A stretch of 64,000 nucleotides of DNA from Promethearchaeota archaeon (GCA_019057795.1 JAHLWS010000070.1:138353-202352); one strand, 5' to 3'; positions 19,906 to 33,202 are shown, counted from the first letter of the stretch. Translations and numbers: made by a program. Notes: generated by a model not told the origin, from the sequence alone.

Positions 19906-20937
19906 ATGAAGAATGTAAGCGTTCAAATTGTAGAAATGTTGTTCGAAAATCCGTTAGAAATTTTGGAATTTGAAAAACCTCAATCTCACGGTAATATGAC
20001 AATTATCCCGATTATCTATAAGGGTAAAACCTTAGAATTTATTAGTGTACAAGAAGCCGAAGAACTTGGCTTAATAAGTATAAATGAAACAGATACGGTT
20101 AGCCAATTGGAAGTTATAAACAATAGCGATAAACAAGTCTTAATCCCTTTTGGTGTAACCGTTCACGGTGGAAAACAAGATAGAACTATATGGGAACCGA
20201 TCCTTTTGGCAGCAGGAGGAAAACAAAATATTTCTGGTACCAATAAAGGAGCACTGGAACAAAAATACACGATCCCAGCGAAATGCGTAGAACAATCGAG
20301 ATGGAACTATCGCAAGGGAAAAGGGTTTAAATCTTCCAGTACAAGGCTACATCCCAATGTTGCTTACGAAGCCATATCTTCTGCGGGTCAAGGCTCAGTT
20401 TGGAACGAAATCCAAGCTTATAGAACAGAAATGATATACAACAGTAATATTGCCCCAACTCAGAGTTACCTAGAAATGACCGAGAATATTGAAAAAGAAA
20501 CGGAAAAAATTGTAAAATCGTTTAAAAATCTAGAAGATCAGTGCGGTATAGCTACTTTTATCAATGGCGAGTTTATAGGTATAGAATTTTACGCAAACGC
20601 ACAAGTATGGGAAGCAATGAGTAAAGATATCCTGAAAGCGTTTACCATCGAATCGTTGAGATTTAAAGATAAACCCTTTAATAAGAAATCAGAAATAAAT
20701 AAGGCGCAATTGATTACGGCTTTGCAGAGTTTAAAATTAAAATTCACTACAAGAAAGGGCATTGGTCTTGGCGAAGTGGTCGAATTTGAATCGCAAGATA
20801 AAAAATGGCGAGGCAATACTCTTGTGCACGAGAACTCGTTAGTTCAGTTTTATATCGTGTCGAAAAGAGGAGGAAGCAGCAGTTCTGATAGGCAAGAACA
20901 ACTTTTTCAAACAAATATAAGCCAAAGATATATATAA
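19906..20937 (+). CDS. ARPP-1 / DUF6569-family protein
   Basis: 'HGNMTIIPI', 'GGKQDR', 'CVEQSRW', 'QGSVW' pattern; 3 nt after the ArsR stop. Confidence 0.75.
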   Translation: MKNVSVQIVEMLFENPLEILEFEKPQSHGNMTIIPIIYKGKTLEFISVQEAEELGLISINETDTVSQLEVINNSDKQVLIPFGVTVHGGKQDRTIWEPILLAAGGKQNISGTNKGALEQKYTIPAKCVEQSRWNYRKGKGFKSSSTRLHPNVAYEAISSAGQGSVWNEIQAYRTEMIYNSNIAPTQSYLEMTENIEKETEKIVKSFKNLEDQCGIATFINGEFIGIEFYANAQVWEAMSKDILKAFTIESLRFKDKPFNKKSEINKAQLITALQSLKLKFTTRKGIGLGEVVEFESQDKKWRGNTLVHENSLVQFYIVSKRGGSSSSDRQEQLFQTNISQRYI

Positions 20938-21116
20938 TATCCTAAAAGTAAGCATTAGATGTATTGAAACACAATATTTCAATTTTAATTATTTTTTTTA
21001 TTTTTCTTCTCATTTTTCACTCTACAAATTTGTAAAAACTTAAATAGAATCTGATAAAATTATAAATTACTACGAAATCTAAAAGTAAAAATTGAAAGAA
21101 TAAGGAGGTATAGAGC

Positions 21117-21440
21117 ATGCCATATATTATTGTACAAATTTGGTATCCTACTGACATAAATACTGAGGTTACCGAAAAATTTTTAGAAGTTGTAAAAGAA
21201 TTTCCCTTTGATAGATCACTTGGTAAAGAAACGATAACAGTTGCTTCAAATACTAATAAAAATGGAACAGAAGTTATGAGCGTAATGGAAGTTAAACAAG
21301 GGAAATTAGAAGAAGCTTGGGCTTGGGGCCGTAATAGAATGGGGCCTTTCCAGAGCATTAAAGGATTAGAATATGATATGAGGCTCTGGACAACGCTAGC
21401 TGAAGCCTTCGAGGGAAGTGAGTATTCTCTTCCAGAGTAA
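21117..21440 (+). CDS. Small alpha/beta protein, paralog of 21643..21972
   Basis: Strong SD (AGGAGG); shares 'FP.D.SLG', 'GKLEEA' and 'GLEY...W..LAEA' with its neighbour. Confidence 0.8.
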   Translation: MPYIIVQIWYPTDINTEVTEKFLEVVKEFPFDRSLGKETITVASNTNKNGTEVMSVMEVKQGKLEEAWAWGRNRMGPFQSIKGLEYDMRLWTTLAEAFEGSEYSLPE

Positions 21441-21642
21441 GTTAAACAAAATTATTTCTTTTTTTTTTTTAATTCTATTTATTAAAAAAGTGTTAACTTT
21501 ATAATCCGGAACACAACCCCCAACCTAATTACTTATCATCTCGCTTCTTAACTCTCAATTTCCCTAAAGGAAACTAGGAATTTTTTCTTGTAAAATGAAA
21601 AAAAAGAAGGTATAATTTGAAATTTGCTAAGTAGTCTTGCGT

Positions 21643-21972
21643 CTATTCCGGTGGTTTTTGTCCTATCGACGAATAAGCCTCGTCTATATTGGACCAAACC
21701 TCTATTGTATATTCAAATCCTTCAATGGAGAGAGCAAAAAAATTTCCTATCGCTTGTGAACGGAGATATGCTTCTTCAAGTCTTCCTTTGCTTACTTTCA
21801 ATACAGATATGGTTTTTACACCCTCTTCAGTTGCTTTAATAGCATTTCCAGGTATAAGACCTTCTCCTAACGACTCGTCTGGAGGGAATTTTTTATTTGA
21901 TTCGATACCTTTTTTTACAACTTCAGCTGTTTTGTCGCTCGGCCATTTCGTGAAACTAATTAAATATGGCAT
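21643..21972 (-). CDS. Small alpha/beta protein, paralog of 21117..21440
   Basis: SD GAGGTG before the ATG of 'MPYLISF'; clear similarity to the convergent neighbour. Confidence 0.8.
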   Translation of the reverse strand: MPYLISFTKWPSDKTAEVVKKGIESNKKFPPDESLGEGLIPGNAIKATEEGVKTISVLKVSKGRLEEAYLRSQAIGNFFALSIEGFEYTIEVWSNIDEAYSSIGQKPPE

Positions 21973-22158
21973 ATTTTTCACCTCTATTTTAATTTTTAAT
22001 TTAAATGTGTTTTTGAGCTGGTTTTTAAATTAGATTTCGATGTGATGAATAACTAGTCTAGTAGGTATTTAAATCTTGCACGTTTTTGTCAGAAAATGAT
22101 AATTATTTGGAATTTTAAAAAATAAATATAAAAAATAAAAATAGGAGTTATAAACTCC

Positions 22159-22270
22159 AGAACATACCCCCTCTACAATATAATTAACTCATCTCACCTC
22201 TCAATTTCGAAACTAATTATAGTCTAACATTCTACACAAATCTCACTCACTCTAAGCCTGAACCTTGAGC
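22159..22270 (-). repeat. 3' arm of the long imperfect inverted repeat (pre-23S processing stem), pairing with 25625..25745
   Basis: AGAACATAC/GTATGTTCT, ATATAAT/ATTATAT, TTATAGTCT/AGACTATAA and TACACAA/TTGTGTA blocks occur in reciprocal order on either side of the 23S gene. Confidence 0.8.
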
Positions 22271-22284
22271 TCCTCTTTCGAATG

Positions 22285-25610
<3,326 letters not shown>

Positions 25611-25624
25611 GCGTCTACTTAAGG

Positions 25625-25745
25625 AAAGATTCAGATTGCTTGTGAAAAGACTTGTGTATTCAGAGACTATAAATATTTGAAAATTGAAATTTAAATTTTA
25701 TTGAGACGAAAATATTCTATATTATATCTATGGGGAGTATGTTCT
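25625..25745 (-). repeat. 5' arm of the pre-23S processing stem
   Basis: Complementary to 22159..22270. Confidence 0.8.
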
Positions 25746-25753
25746 TATGAGCA

Positions 25754-25820
25754 CGTTTTTCGTTTTTTTTCGTTTCAGTTCGTTTTTTTTCGTTTCAGTT
25801 CGTTTTTGTTCGTTTCGTGT
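25754..25820. repeat. Tandem 20-nt repeat (CGTTTTTTTTCGTTTCAGTT, about 3 copies, built from CGTTT-initiated 10-mers) in the rRNA leader
   Basis: Two exact copies at 25761-25800 plus a degenerate third. Confidence 0.9.
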
Positions 25821-26200
25821 TCGTGCTTGGTCCGGAGCCCTTAAACAACCGAGGAATTGGTCGTTTTAGGCACTCATTTCCTGTAGCATCAGGCATATTG
25901 ACCGAAGTCACTTCTGATTAACTTCCATGAGGCCGGTACCTGTTATTGATGGTATTTCATCGATTTTCGATGAGATAATTTTCTCAGCCAATAACGCGAC
26001 GATGTTAATAGGGATAAATTTAGATCACAAATTAAAAATCCATCGACGAAATATTAGAGTAATTTCTTGATTAAAAATTTTATGGTCGGGATTGATAAAC
26101 TTTAAAAGGAAGGAGCGGTCTTTCATTTGACTAATAATAAGATCGTAATGGATAAATAAGCAGAAGTTTAATAATTTTTTTAACGATAGTTATATTGGAA

Positions 26201-26228
26201 AAATCATAAATCATAAATCATAAATCAT
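26201..26228. repeat. (AAATCAT)x4 microsatellite
   Basis: Four exact heptamer copies. Confidence 0.9.
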
Positions 26229-26379
26229 AATAAAATAAAATTCAAAAATGAATAAAGAAATTAAAAATTCAGTTAAGGGCTCTTTTAAAAGAAATGAGTA
26301 ATATTAAAGGGGTTGTCTAAAATATATTAAAAATCTGAGTATCTGACTAATAATAATCAATATTTTTGTTTTATTAATA

Positions 26380-27276
26380 ATGGAAAAAATGGAAAAAATG
26401 GAAATAATGGACAAGAAGATTTTGATAGGAACTTCGGGATGGGGGTATGATGAGTGGGTAGGGCCATTTTATCCTAAGAGTTTGAAAAAGGAGGATTATC
26501 TTTCATATTATTCGGAAATATTTTACACAAACGAAATAAATACTACTTTTTACAACATTCCTTCGAAATTAGTGGTAACTCGCTGGAGAGACAAGACTCC
26601 CTCAGATTTCTTGTTTACGGCGAAGCTTCACAGAAAGATTACTCACGAACATAAGTTAGATATTAGTTTATGTTTAAACGATTTGAATTATTTTTTAGAA
26701 GCGATGAGTCCTTTATTAGAATCCAAAAAGTTATTAGGGTTTTTAATACAGTTACCTCCTTCCTTTAATAAAGAGGAGCATTACGATAATTTAAAAGATT
26801 TTATTGAAAATTGGCCGGGTAATCCAGAACAAGAAGGTTATAATTTGATTATAGAATTTAGGCACGAATCTTGGATGGATGACGATGTTTTTAAGTATTT
26901 AAAAAGAAATTCGCTTACATATTGTGCCGTTATTGAGCCATTATTGCCTCCTAGAATGGACGTTACAAATCCAAAATTTGCGTATATTAGGTTTCATGGT
27001 TATGGGCAAAATATTTGGTTTAATTATTATTTCAAAGAAGAGGAGATTAAAAAATGGGCAATTTCAATAAGAGATGTAGTTCAAAAAGCCGATAGAGTAG
27101 GGATATATTTTAATAATCATTTTTCGGGATATGCTACTAAAAATTCTTTAATGATGATGCGAGAGTTAAATCTAAATCCCAGAAAAGAACCTAAACAAGT
27201 TAGAATATTAGATATAAAGAAAAAATCTGGTACTTATTCAAGAGGACAAACAGGTTTAGATAAATTTTTAAATTAA
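26380..27276 (+). CDS. DUF72 (YecE/YunF) family protein; start uncertain among four ATGs
   Basis: 'IGTSGWGY..W.GPFYP', 'EINTTFY', 'QLPPSF', 'IEFRHESW', 'YIRFHG', 'YFNNH'. Confidence 0.93.
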   Translation: MEKMEKMEIMDKKILIGTSGWGYDEWVGPFYPKSLKKEDYLSYYSEIFYTNEINTTFYNIPSKLVVTRWRDKTPSDFLFTAKLHRKITHEHKLDISLCLNDLNYFLEAMSPLLESKKLLGFLIQLPPSFNKEEHYDNLKDFIENWPGNPEQEGYNLIIEFRHESWMDDDVFKYLKRNSLTYCAVIEPLLPPRMDVTNPKFAYIRFHGYGQNIWFNYYFKEEEIKKWAISIRDVVQKADRVGIYFNNHFSGYATKNSLMMMRELNLNPRKEPKQVRILDIKKKSGTYSRGQTGLDKFLN

Positions 27277-27328
27277 AACACAAATTTAACTTGTTAGTAA
27301 GCATAATAGATTCTGTTGCTAAAAGAGG

Positions 27329-28363
27329 TTGGTTAAATTGAAAAAATTGAATCACAACTTATTAAGAATTGGTTTCATTGGTCCAGGAGCTATTGGTAGT
27401 TTATTCGGAGGATGTCTTGCTTCTGTTCATACTGATGCTAACCCATTAGAGATTATTTTTTTTTGTAGAAGGGGTCATGCTAAGGTAATAAATAAGCGTG
27501 GAATAAAGATATACAGCGATAAATGTAATAAAACGCTAACTAATATTAAAGCTTTCGAGAATGCTGAGGATTTTACTGAAATATCTATAAATGACAAGAA
27601 ATACAAATTAGATTATTTATTTTTAACGACTAAAACATACGACAGCGAGAGAGCGATGATTCAATATAAAGAATTGATTAATTCGAGTAATTGGTTAATA
27701 ATTCTACAGAATGGTATAGGTAACGAGGAATTAGTGAAGAAATATTGCGATGAAAATAAAATTATAAGAATAATTACTTCGCATGGTGCATTACTGAAAG
27801 AATATGGTCATGTGTATCATACAGGCGTAGGATTTACAAATATGGGGTTTGTCTATTTAAAACCCCCAGAACAAAATCATAGTCGTAATAAGAGCGGTTA
27901 TATAAAATTAAACATGTTAAAAAATCGTCTAGACGCGGGAGGTTTAGAAACTGAAATTGTTGACGATATTATTAAGCACACTTGGGAAAAGGCATTTGTA
28001 AACATTGGAATTAACGCGTTAGGGGCGTTAACTCGTTTAAATAATGGAAATCTTTTAGAGAATGAAAAAATGAAACAATTAATGAGTGCCGCGGTTAAAG
28101 AGGCGTTAGAAGTAGCTAAGTTAAAATGCATCGAACTTTCAGATAGGGATTATGTTAGGTTAATGTATTCTGTTGCCGAAAAAACATGTAATAACAAAAA
28201 TTCAATGCTACAAGACATATTAAAAGGAAATCTTACAGAAATTGACTTTCTTAATGGTAGAATTGTAAGTTTAGCAAAAGAAGTAGGAATAAAAGTCCCG
28301 ATAAATGAAATGCTCACTTTTTTAATAAAAGGATTAGAGGAATCTTTTAGACAAGAAAATTAG
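27329..28363 (+). CDS. panE: 2-dehydropantoate 2-reductase
   Basis: 'GPGAIGSLFG', 'LQNGIG', 'WEKAFVNIGINAL', 'SMLQD..KG..TEIDFLNG'. Confidence 0.93.
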   Translation: MVKLKKLNHNLLRIGFIGPGAIGSLFGGCLASVHTDANPLEIIFFCRRGHAKVINKRGIKIYSDKCNKTLTNIKAFENAEDFTEISINDKKYKLDYLFLTTKTYDSERAMIQYKELINSSNWLIILQNGIGNEELVKKYCDENKIIRIITSHGALLKEYGHVYHTGVGFTNMGFVYLKPPEQNHSRNKSGYIKLNMLKNRLDAGGLETEIVDDIIKHTWEKAFVNIGINALGALTRLNNGNLLENEKMKQLMSAAVKEALEVAKLKCIELSDRDYVRLMYSVAEKTCNNKNSMLQDILKGNLTEIDFLNGRIVSLAKEVGIKVPINEMLTFLIKGLEESFRQEN

Positions 28364-28884
28364 GCTTTTAGGGTCATATAGTAGGCATTCTCCCCATCTC
28401 GATAATATTTCTCTTTTATGTTATGGGCGATAAAATTAAATTTTTTGTATAAATTAATAGCAATATAATTACTCACTCTTACTTCTAGGACAAACTTGTC
28501 TACTTTATATTTGTTTAATTTTTTCATAGAGTTTGATAACAAAATTGCTGCTATACCTGACCTCCTATAGCTCGTTAAAACTGCTATTGAGACCAAATGT
28601 CCTTTATTCATCAATTTCAAACTATTTATCGCGGGAGCTCGTTCAACCCTCCACATTATATATCCAATAATTTTTCCATTGCTATTACAAGCAACTTGAA
28701 AGGATTCTGGATAATTATCTAATATGCTTTTGTAAAAAAAATAAGGATAATCTTCGGGTAATTCTTTTTCGTTTACTTCGATAACGCCTTCTAAGTCTTC
28801 TAAGGAGCAATTTCTTACAACGATTGGTTTTTTATCATTGAAAATATTGAAGTAATTAGTCCGCGTATCTTTTTCTGTACCCAT
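28360..28884 (-). CDS. rimI: Protein N-alpha-acetyltransferase (Ard1/RimI family)
   Basis: 'LPEDY', 'KGHLVSIAV...RRSGIA', 'LEVRVSN..AI.LY', 'YYRDGENAY.M'. Confidence 0.92.
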   Translation of the reverse strand: MGTEKDTRTNYFNIFNDKKPIVVRNCSLEDLEGVIEVNEKELPEDYPYFFYKSILDNYPESFQVACNSNGKIIGYIMWRVERAPAINSLKLMNKGHLVSIAVLTSYRRSGIAAILLSNSMKKLNKYKVDKFVLEVRVSNYIAINLYKKFNFIAHNIKEKYYRDGENAYYMTLKA

Positions 28885-28989
28885 AGTTGTATGAGCTCAA
28901 ATTATAGTTCTTGATATTTAAAATTATAGCTATATAAAATATTATTTTAGAACTTTTTAAGTTTTTTTAAATAATAAAAAGGTTTAAAT

Positions 28990-29787
28990 TCAATTTTTTA
29001 CAATTTTGAAAGCAACTTTTTTTTGTCTTTTAACATATCGAATTATAGTTTCTAAAGATAAAAGAATGTTTTTTCTGTTATTAAAATTATCAATAATGCT
29101 TTGCAATTCTTTCTTATCAATTTGTTTTAATTTTTTAGCGATCTCAATCATTACAGGTAATGTTCTGACAATATTATCTACAATCGTAATATCTGCCCAT
29201 ATTGAAGTTCTACTAATTGGATTTAAATCAACTGCGATTACTTTTTTTCCGATCCTTTTTAATGCTTCTGTTCGGTCTCCATCTTCTAAAGGGACAATAA
29301 TTACATCAGAATTTTGAATTGATTCTACCAACCTTCTATTACTATCCAATCCTTCAATTTCGACTATTTTTTCATCATTAATACCTCGAATATCAATAGC
29401 TCCTGCCTTTTCTAATACATTCTTAATAGCCTTGATTCGTCCTGTTTTCCTATAAAATAAATTTATTTCGAGTGGAGCATTTATCACATTCGAAAGTTTA
29501 ACGAGTTCATGAGGTACTAGTGCCGCAACATTGCCATTAACGCTAATCACTGGCTTTTTAGCAAGCAGAAGCATTGCTACTGCAGCTTTAATGGCTCTCT
29601 TAGCAGCTTCATTTGTTTTTTCACCTAAAATGTAATCAAAACATTCACCTCTCCCATGAGCTATTAAACCTGCCTCAGCTACAACTAGTTTTTTCATCCC
29701 TTCTATAATTCTATGACGATATTTTAAGCTCTCATACCGGGGATGAGTTTTAGGAACATCAGAATTATTATTTTTATTGGTAACCAT
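28990..29787 (-). CDS. 4-phosphopantoate--beta-alanine ligase (phosphopantothenate synthetase)
   Basis: 'HPRYESL', 'GLIAHGRGECFDYILGE', 'SVNGNVAAL', 'VPLEDGDRTEAL'. Confidence 0.95.
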   Translation of the reverse strand: MVTNKNNNSDVPKTHPRYESLKYRHRIIEGMKKLVVAEAGLIAHGRGECFDYILGEKTNEAAKRAIKAAVAMLLLAKKPVISVNGNVAALVPHELVKLSNVINAPLEINLFYRKTGRIKAIKNVLEKAGAIDIRGINDEKIVEIEGLDSNRRLVESIQNSDVIIVPLEDGDRTEALKRIGKKVIAVDLNPISRTSIWADITIVDNIVRTLPVMIEIAKKLKQIDKKELQSIIDNFNNRKNILLSLETIIRYVKRQKKVAFKIVKN

Positions 29788-29881
29788 AAAACAACAATTA
29801 TTATTACATAGGCCTTTATATAGGTTGAAATGGAAGAAAAATTATTAATCTTTTGTTAATTTTATCTCATTGTTGTTGATT

Positions 29882-31156
29882 ATGGCTCCAGTAGAACATA
29901 AAAAAAGCGAGGATTTAAAAGTTTACAAGATAAAAAAGCTTTTAGACAAGCTTAAATCTAAAAAAGGTTTTCATACAGAGCTGATATCTTTATATATACC
30001 TCATGATCGAAAACTTTCGGATGTTACCAATTATTTAAAGAACGAAGTAAGCGAAAGCCAAAACATTAAATCAAAATTAACTCGTAAAAATGTATTAGAT
30101 GGAATTTCAACACTTATAGGGATGTTGAAGAATTATAAAGAAGTTCCAGGGAATGGATTAGTTATGTTTGCTGGAGCAATCCCTCAAAACAATACTCCTG
30201 GTACAGAAAAAATGGAAAGATATATCGTAGATCCCCCAGAAAAGGCAAAAACATTTAGATACCACTGTGCGAGCGAATTTTTACTATGGCCATTAGAGGA
30301 CATGCTCAAATCAAAGGAAACTTATGGATTGCTTGTTATCGGCCGAAAGGAATCAGCAGTTGGGTATATCACGGGAAATCATGTAGAAATTGTGAGAGAA
30401 TTTACCTCTGGGATTCATGGAAAGCATAAAGCTGGTGGTCAATCGCAGAAAAGATTTGAAAGATTGATTGAAGAGGGAGAAAAGAGGTTTTATAGAAGAA
30501 TATCTGAAGAAGTTAACGAATTATTTTTAAAAATAGAGGATTTACAAGGAATTTTTATTGGAGGGCCTGGTCCTTCTAAAGAAAAGTTTGTAAACGATGA
30601 AAGTTTAGATTATCGATTACGAGATAAAATTTTAGACGTTGTAGACCTTGGTTATGGGGGAACTGAGGGAATTCGCGCTTTGATTGAAAAGATTAAAAAA
30701 AAAATATCAAACGTAAAATTCATTCGGGAAAAAGAAGTTGTCCAAGGATTTTTAAAGGAGGTATCAAATGAATCGGGTTTAGCTGCTTACGGTCTTAAAG
30801 AAGTAGAAAAAGCTTTAACTATGGGTGCTGTGAAAAAATTAATTCTTTCTGAAAAATTAGATATTTATCAATTAAAAATTGAATGTTCGAATTGTGGCCA
30901 TAAAGAATCTCGTATTGCAAGGGAGTTAGAATTGAACAAAGTAGAATTATCCATCCAAGAAGAAAGTTGTCCAAAATGTAGTTCAAGCACATACAACCTT
31001 GTAAACACGGTATCTATAATTGAAGAGCTGGGTTCCATAGCAGAAACTATGAACACTGATGTGGTACTTATTTCTCCAGAAACAGAAGAGGGAGAAATGT
31101 TATATAGTACTTTCGGAGGAATTGTTGCAATTCTTCGTTTCAAACTTACTTATTAG
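29882..31156 (+). CDS. prf1: Peptide chain release factor aRF1
   Basis: TELISLYIP, NIKS, YHC, GGQS motifs; Zn-finger insert; ATG at 29882 preferred. Confidence 0.97.
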   Translation: MAPVEHKKSEDLKVYKIKKLLDKLKSKKGFHTELISLYIPHDRKLSDVTNYLKNEVSESQNIKSKLTRKNVLDGISTLIGMLKNYKEVPGNGLVMFAGAIPQNNTPGTEKMERYIVDPPEKAKTFRYHCASEFLLWPLEDMLKSKETYGLLVIGRKESAVGYITGNHVEIVREFTSGIHGKHKAGGQSQKRFERLIEEGEKRFYRRISEEVNELFLKIEDLQGIFIGGPGPSKEKFVNDESLDYRLRDKILDVVDLGYGGTEGIRALIEKIKKKISNVKFIREKEVVQGFLKEVSNESGLAAYGLKEVEKALTMGAVKKLILSEKLDIYQLKIECSNCGHKESRIARELELNKVELSIQEESCPKCSSSTYNLVNTVSIIEELGSIAETMNTDVVLISPETEEGEMLYSTFGGIVAILRFKLTY

Positions 31157-31201
31157 TATAAAACCCATAACTCTTAATTCAAAAAAAAAGGGTTGATTAG
31201 T

Positions 31202-32185
31202 ATGGAATTAAAAGAAATGTTATTAAATTTAAAAATAATCATGTTTGGTGGTAAAGGAGGCGTAGGTAAAACAACTTGTGCCTCAAGTTCAGCAATCTGG
31301 GCAGCAGAGCATGGTAGAAATACCTTAATTATTAGTACAGATCCTGCACATTCACTAGGAGATAGTTTAGGAATCAATCTTCCTCCAGGTGAGCCGACAC
31401 CTATACCCGGAATAAATAATTTGACTGCCTTAGAAATCGATCCAAAAAAAAACTTGGCAGAATATAAAGGTTTAACGAGTGTAAATCCCATGGAAGGGAT
31501 GAAAATGCCTGGTTTAATGGAAGGTATTCCAATGATGGAGGATTTGCAAGATTTGACTTCGATGAATCCACCAGGTATCGATGAAGCTTTCGCATTATTA
31601 AAAGTATTAGAAATTATAGAGACAGAACATGACTATGATTTAGTTATATTTGATACAGCCCCAACAGGACATACTCTTAGGTTTTTAAGCCTTCCAGAAA
31701 CGCTATCGGGGTGGATAGGTAAACTACTGAAAATGAGATTAAAACTTGGAAGCATAATGGGTCTAATGAAAAGTTTATTTTCTAGTAATGAAAAAGAAAA
31801 AGATAACTCTTTAGAAGTTTTAGAAAGATTAAAAAACTCTATCATTAATGCGCGAGAGGATCTCACAAATCCTCTGAAAAATTCTTTTGTTGTTGTGATG
31901 ATACCGGAAGAGATGGCTATTTCAGAAACAGGTCGCCTTTTAAACGAATTATATAAATATAAAATTCCTGTTTCAAACATTATAATCAACCAGTTATATC
32001 AAGCTGAAGAAGAATTATGTGATTTTTGCAAAGCTCGACGAAACATGCAACACCGTAATTTATTAAACATTTATAAAATTTTTAAAGAAAAATTGGGAAA
32101 GAATTTGATTGAAGTTCCTCTTTTTAGAGAAGAAATTAGAGAATATAACAGATTAAAGGAATTTAGCGAATATCTTATCAAATAA
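31202..32185 (+). CDS. GET3/TRC40-type ArsA-family ATPase
   Basis: GKGGVGKTT, STDPAHSL, DTAPTGHTLRFL, CxxC (CDFC), Met-rich substrate-groove helices. Confidence 0.92.
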   Translation: MELKEMLLNLKIIMFGGKGGVGKTTCASSSAIWAAEHGRNTLIISTDPAHSLGDSLGINLPPGEPTPIPGINNLTALEIDPKKNLAEYKGLTSVNPMEGMKMPGLMEGIPMMEDLQDLTSMNPPGIDEAFALLKVLEIIETEHDYDLVIFDTAPTGHTLRFLSLPETLSGWIGKLLKMRLKLGSIMGLMKSLFSSNEKEKDNSLEVLERLKNSIINAREDLTNPLKNSFVVVMIPEEMAISETGRLLNELYKYKIPVSNIIINQLYQAEEELCDFCKARRNMQHRNLLNIYKIFKEKLGKNLIEVPLFREEIREYNRLKEFSEYLIK

Positions 32186-32187
32186 AT

Positions 32188-33147
32188 TTATCTATTAAAT
32201 TCTTTTAAATATTTGCAATATAAACATAGATTTGTATTTCCACATGGATATCCACACTCTTCACAAGAATTATATTGTTTTGCTTTATAATGGTTATAAA
32301 ATATTTCAGACGTTTCTAAAAAACCATTGAGTAAATTGAATTCTATTTCTGGGCTAAATTTTTTACATTCTAAAATAAAATCTAAAACTCTTTTCCTTAG
32401 AATTGGATCTTTTTCTCTGTAGGGGCAATGCGAGGGATAATAGTCAAATTTTTTCAAGTTTGAATAAAGAAAGATTTCTTCTTCAGGAATTCTCATCAAA
32501 GGAGTAATTTTTCTTATGAAATACTTGCTAATTTCTTTACTCTCCCTTTTAAAGAGATATTGATTAGAGATTGTTCGAAATCTCTTAAATAAAATGTTCA
32601 TAAGGTATGTTTCTGCGATATCTGTTAGGTTATGCCCCATTGCGAGAACATCAGCGCCTAATTCTTTTGCTATTGCATTTAACAATCTTCTCCTAAATGT
32701 TGCACAATAATTGCAGGCATATTTATAATCTATAGATTTACTTTTTAATTCTATAATCTCATCTAAAGTCTTTCCTGTTTTTTCTTTAAATGAAACAATC
32801 TTATGCTCAATTCCATATTTTTTACAAAATCTATTCGCATTCTTTATACTTTCGCTCCTATAATCTTTGATACCCTCATCAACGGTTATAGCGATAATAG
32901 GTTGAGAGTGAAAATTATTTTCTTGAATTTTTTTAAGATTATACAGTAATGCTATAGAATCCTTTCCGCCAGAAAGTCCCACAACAATTTTATCTCGAGG
33001 TTTTAGCATTTTGTATTTGGATATTGTCTTATAAATGTTTTTCTCTATTCTTTTTGTGAAGCATTCAGTACAAATTAGTTCACCAGAATATTTTCTGTGG
33101 ATTACTAATGCATTTTTATTACAATAATCACATGTACTTATTTTCAT
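32188..33147 (-). CDS. ttuA: tRNA 2-thiolation protein (TtuA/Ncs6 family)
   Basis: N- and C-terminal Zn fingers, PP-loop SGGKDS, CNYC, GHN, CPY; ATG at 33147 preferred. Confidence 0.88.
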   Translation of the reverse strand: MKISTCDYCNKNALVIHRKYSGELICTECFTKRIEKNIYKTISKYKMLKPRDKIVVGLSGGKDSIALLYNLKKIQENNFHSQPIIAITVDEGIKDYRSESIKNANRFCKKYGIEHKIVSFKEKTGKTLDEIIELKSKSIDYKYACNYCATFRRRLLNAIAKELGADVLAMGHNLTDIAETYLMNILFKRFRTISNQYLFKRESKEISKYFIRKITPLMRIPEEEIFLYSNLKKFDYYPSHCPYREKDPILRKRVLDFILECKKFSPEIEFNLLNGFLETSEIFYNHYKAKQYNSCEECGYPCGNTNLCLYCKYLKEFNR

Positions 33148-33202
33148 AAGCACCTTATAACTATTTTCATGATTGCTTATGAAGATCACATCAACTAATT
33201 AA

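Noticed and set aside
25754-25820. Tandem repeat considered as a CRISPR array
   Set aside because: No unique spacers, low complexity, no cas genes
25829-25940. 112-nt three-way junction considered as a 5S rRNA
   Set aside because: Lacks the conserved 5S loop C (CCGAAC) and loop E sequences
26128-26356. TGACTAATAATAA direct repeat (26128, 26344), (AAATCAT)4 and the ATGGAAAAA repeats at the DUF72 start
   Set aside because: Short AT-rich repeats explainable by slippage or chance; no function supportable
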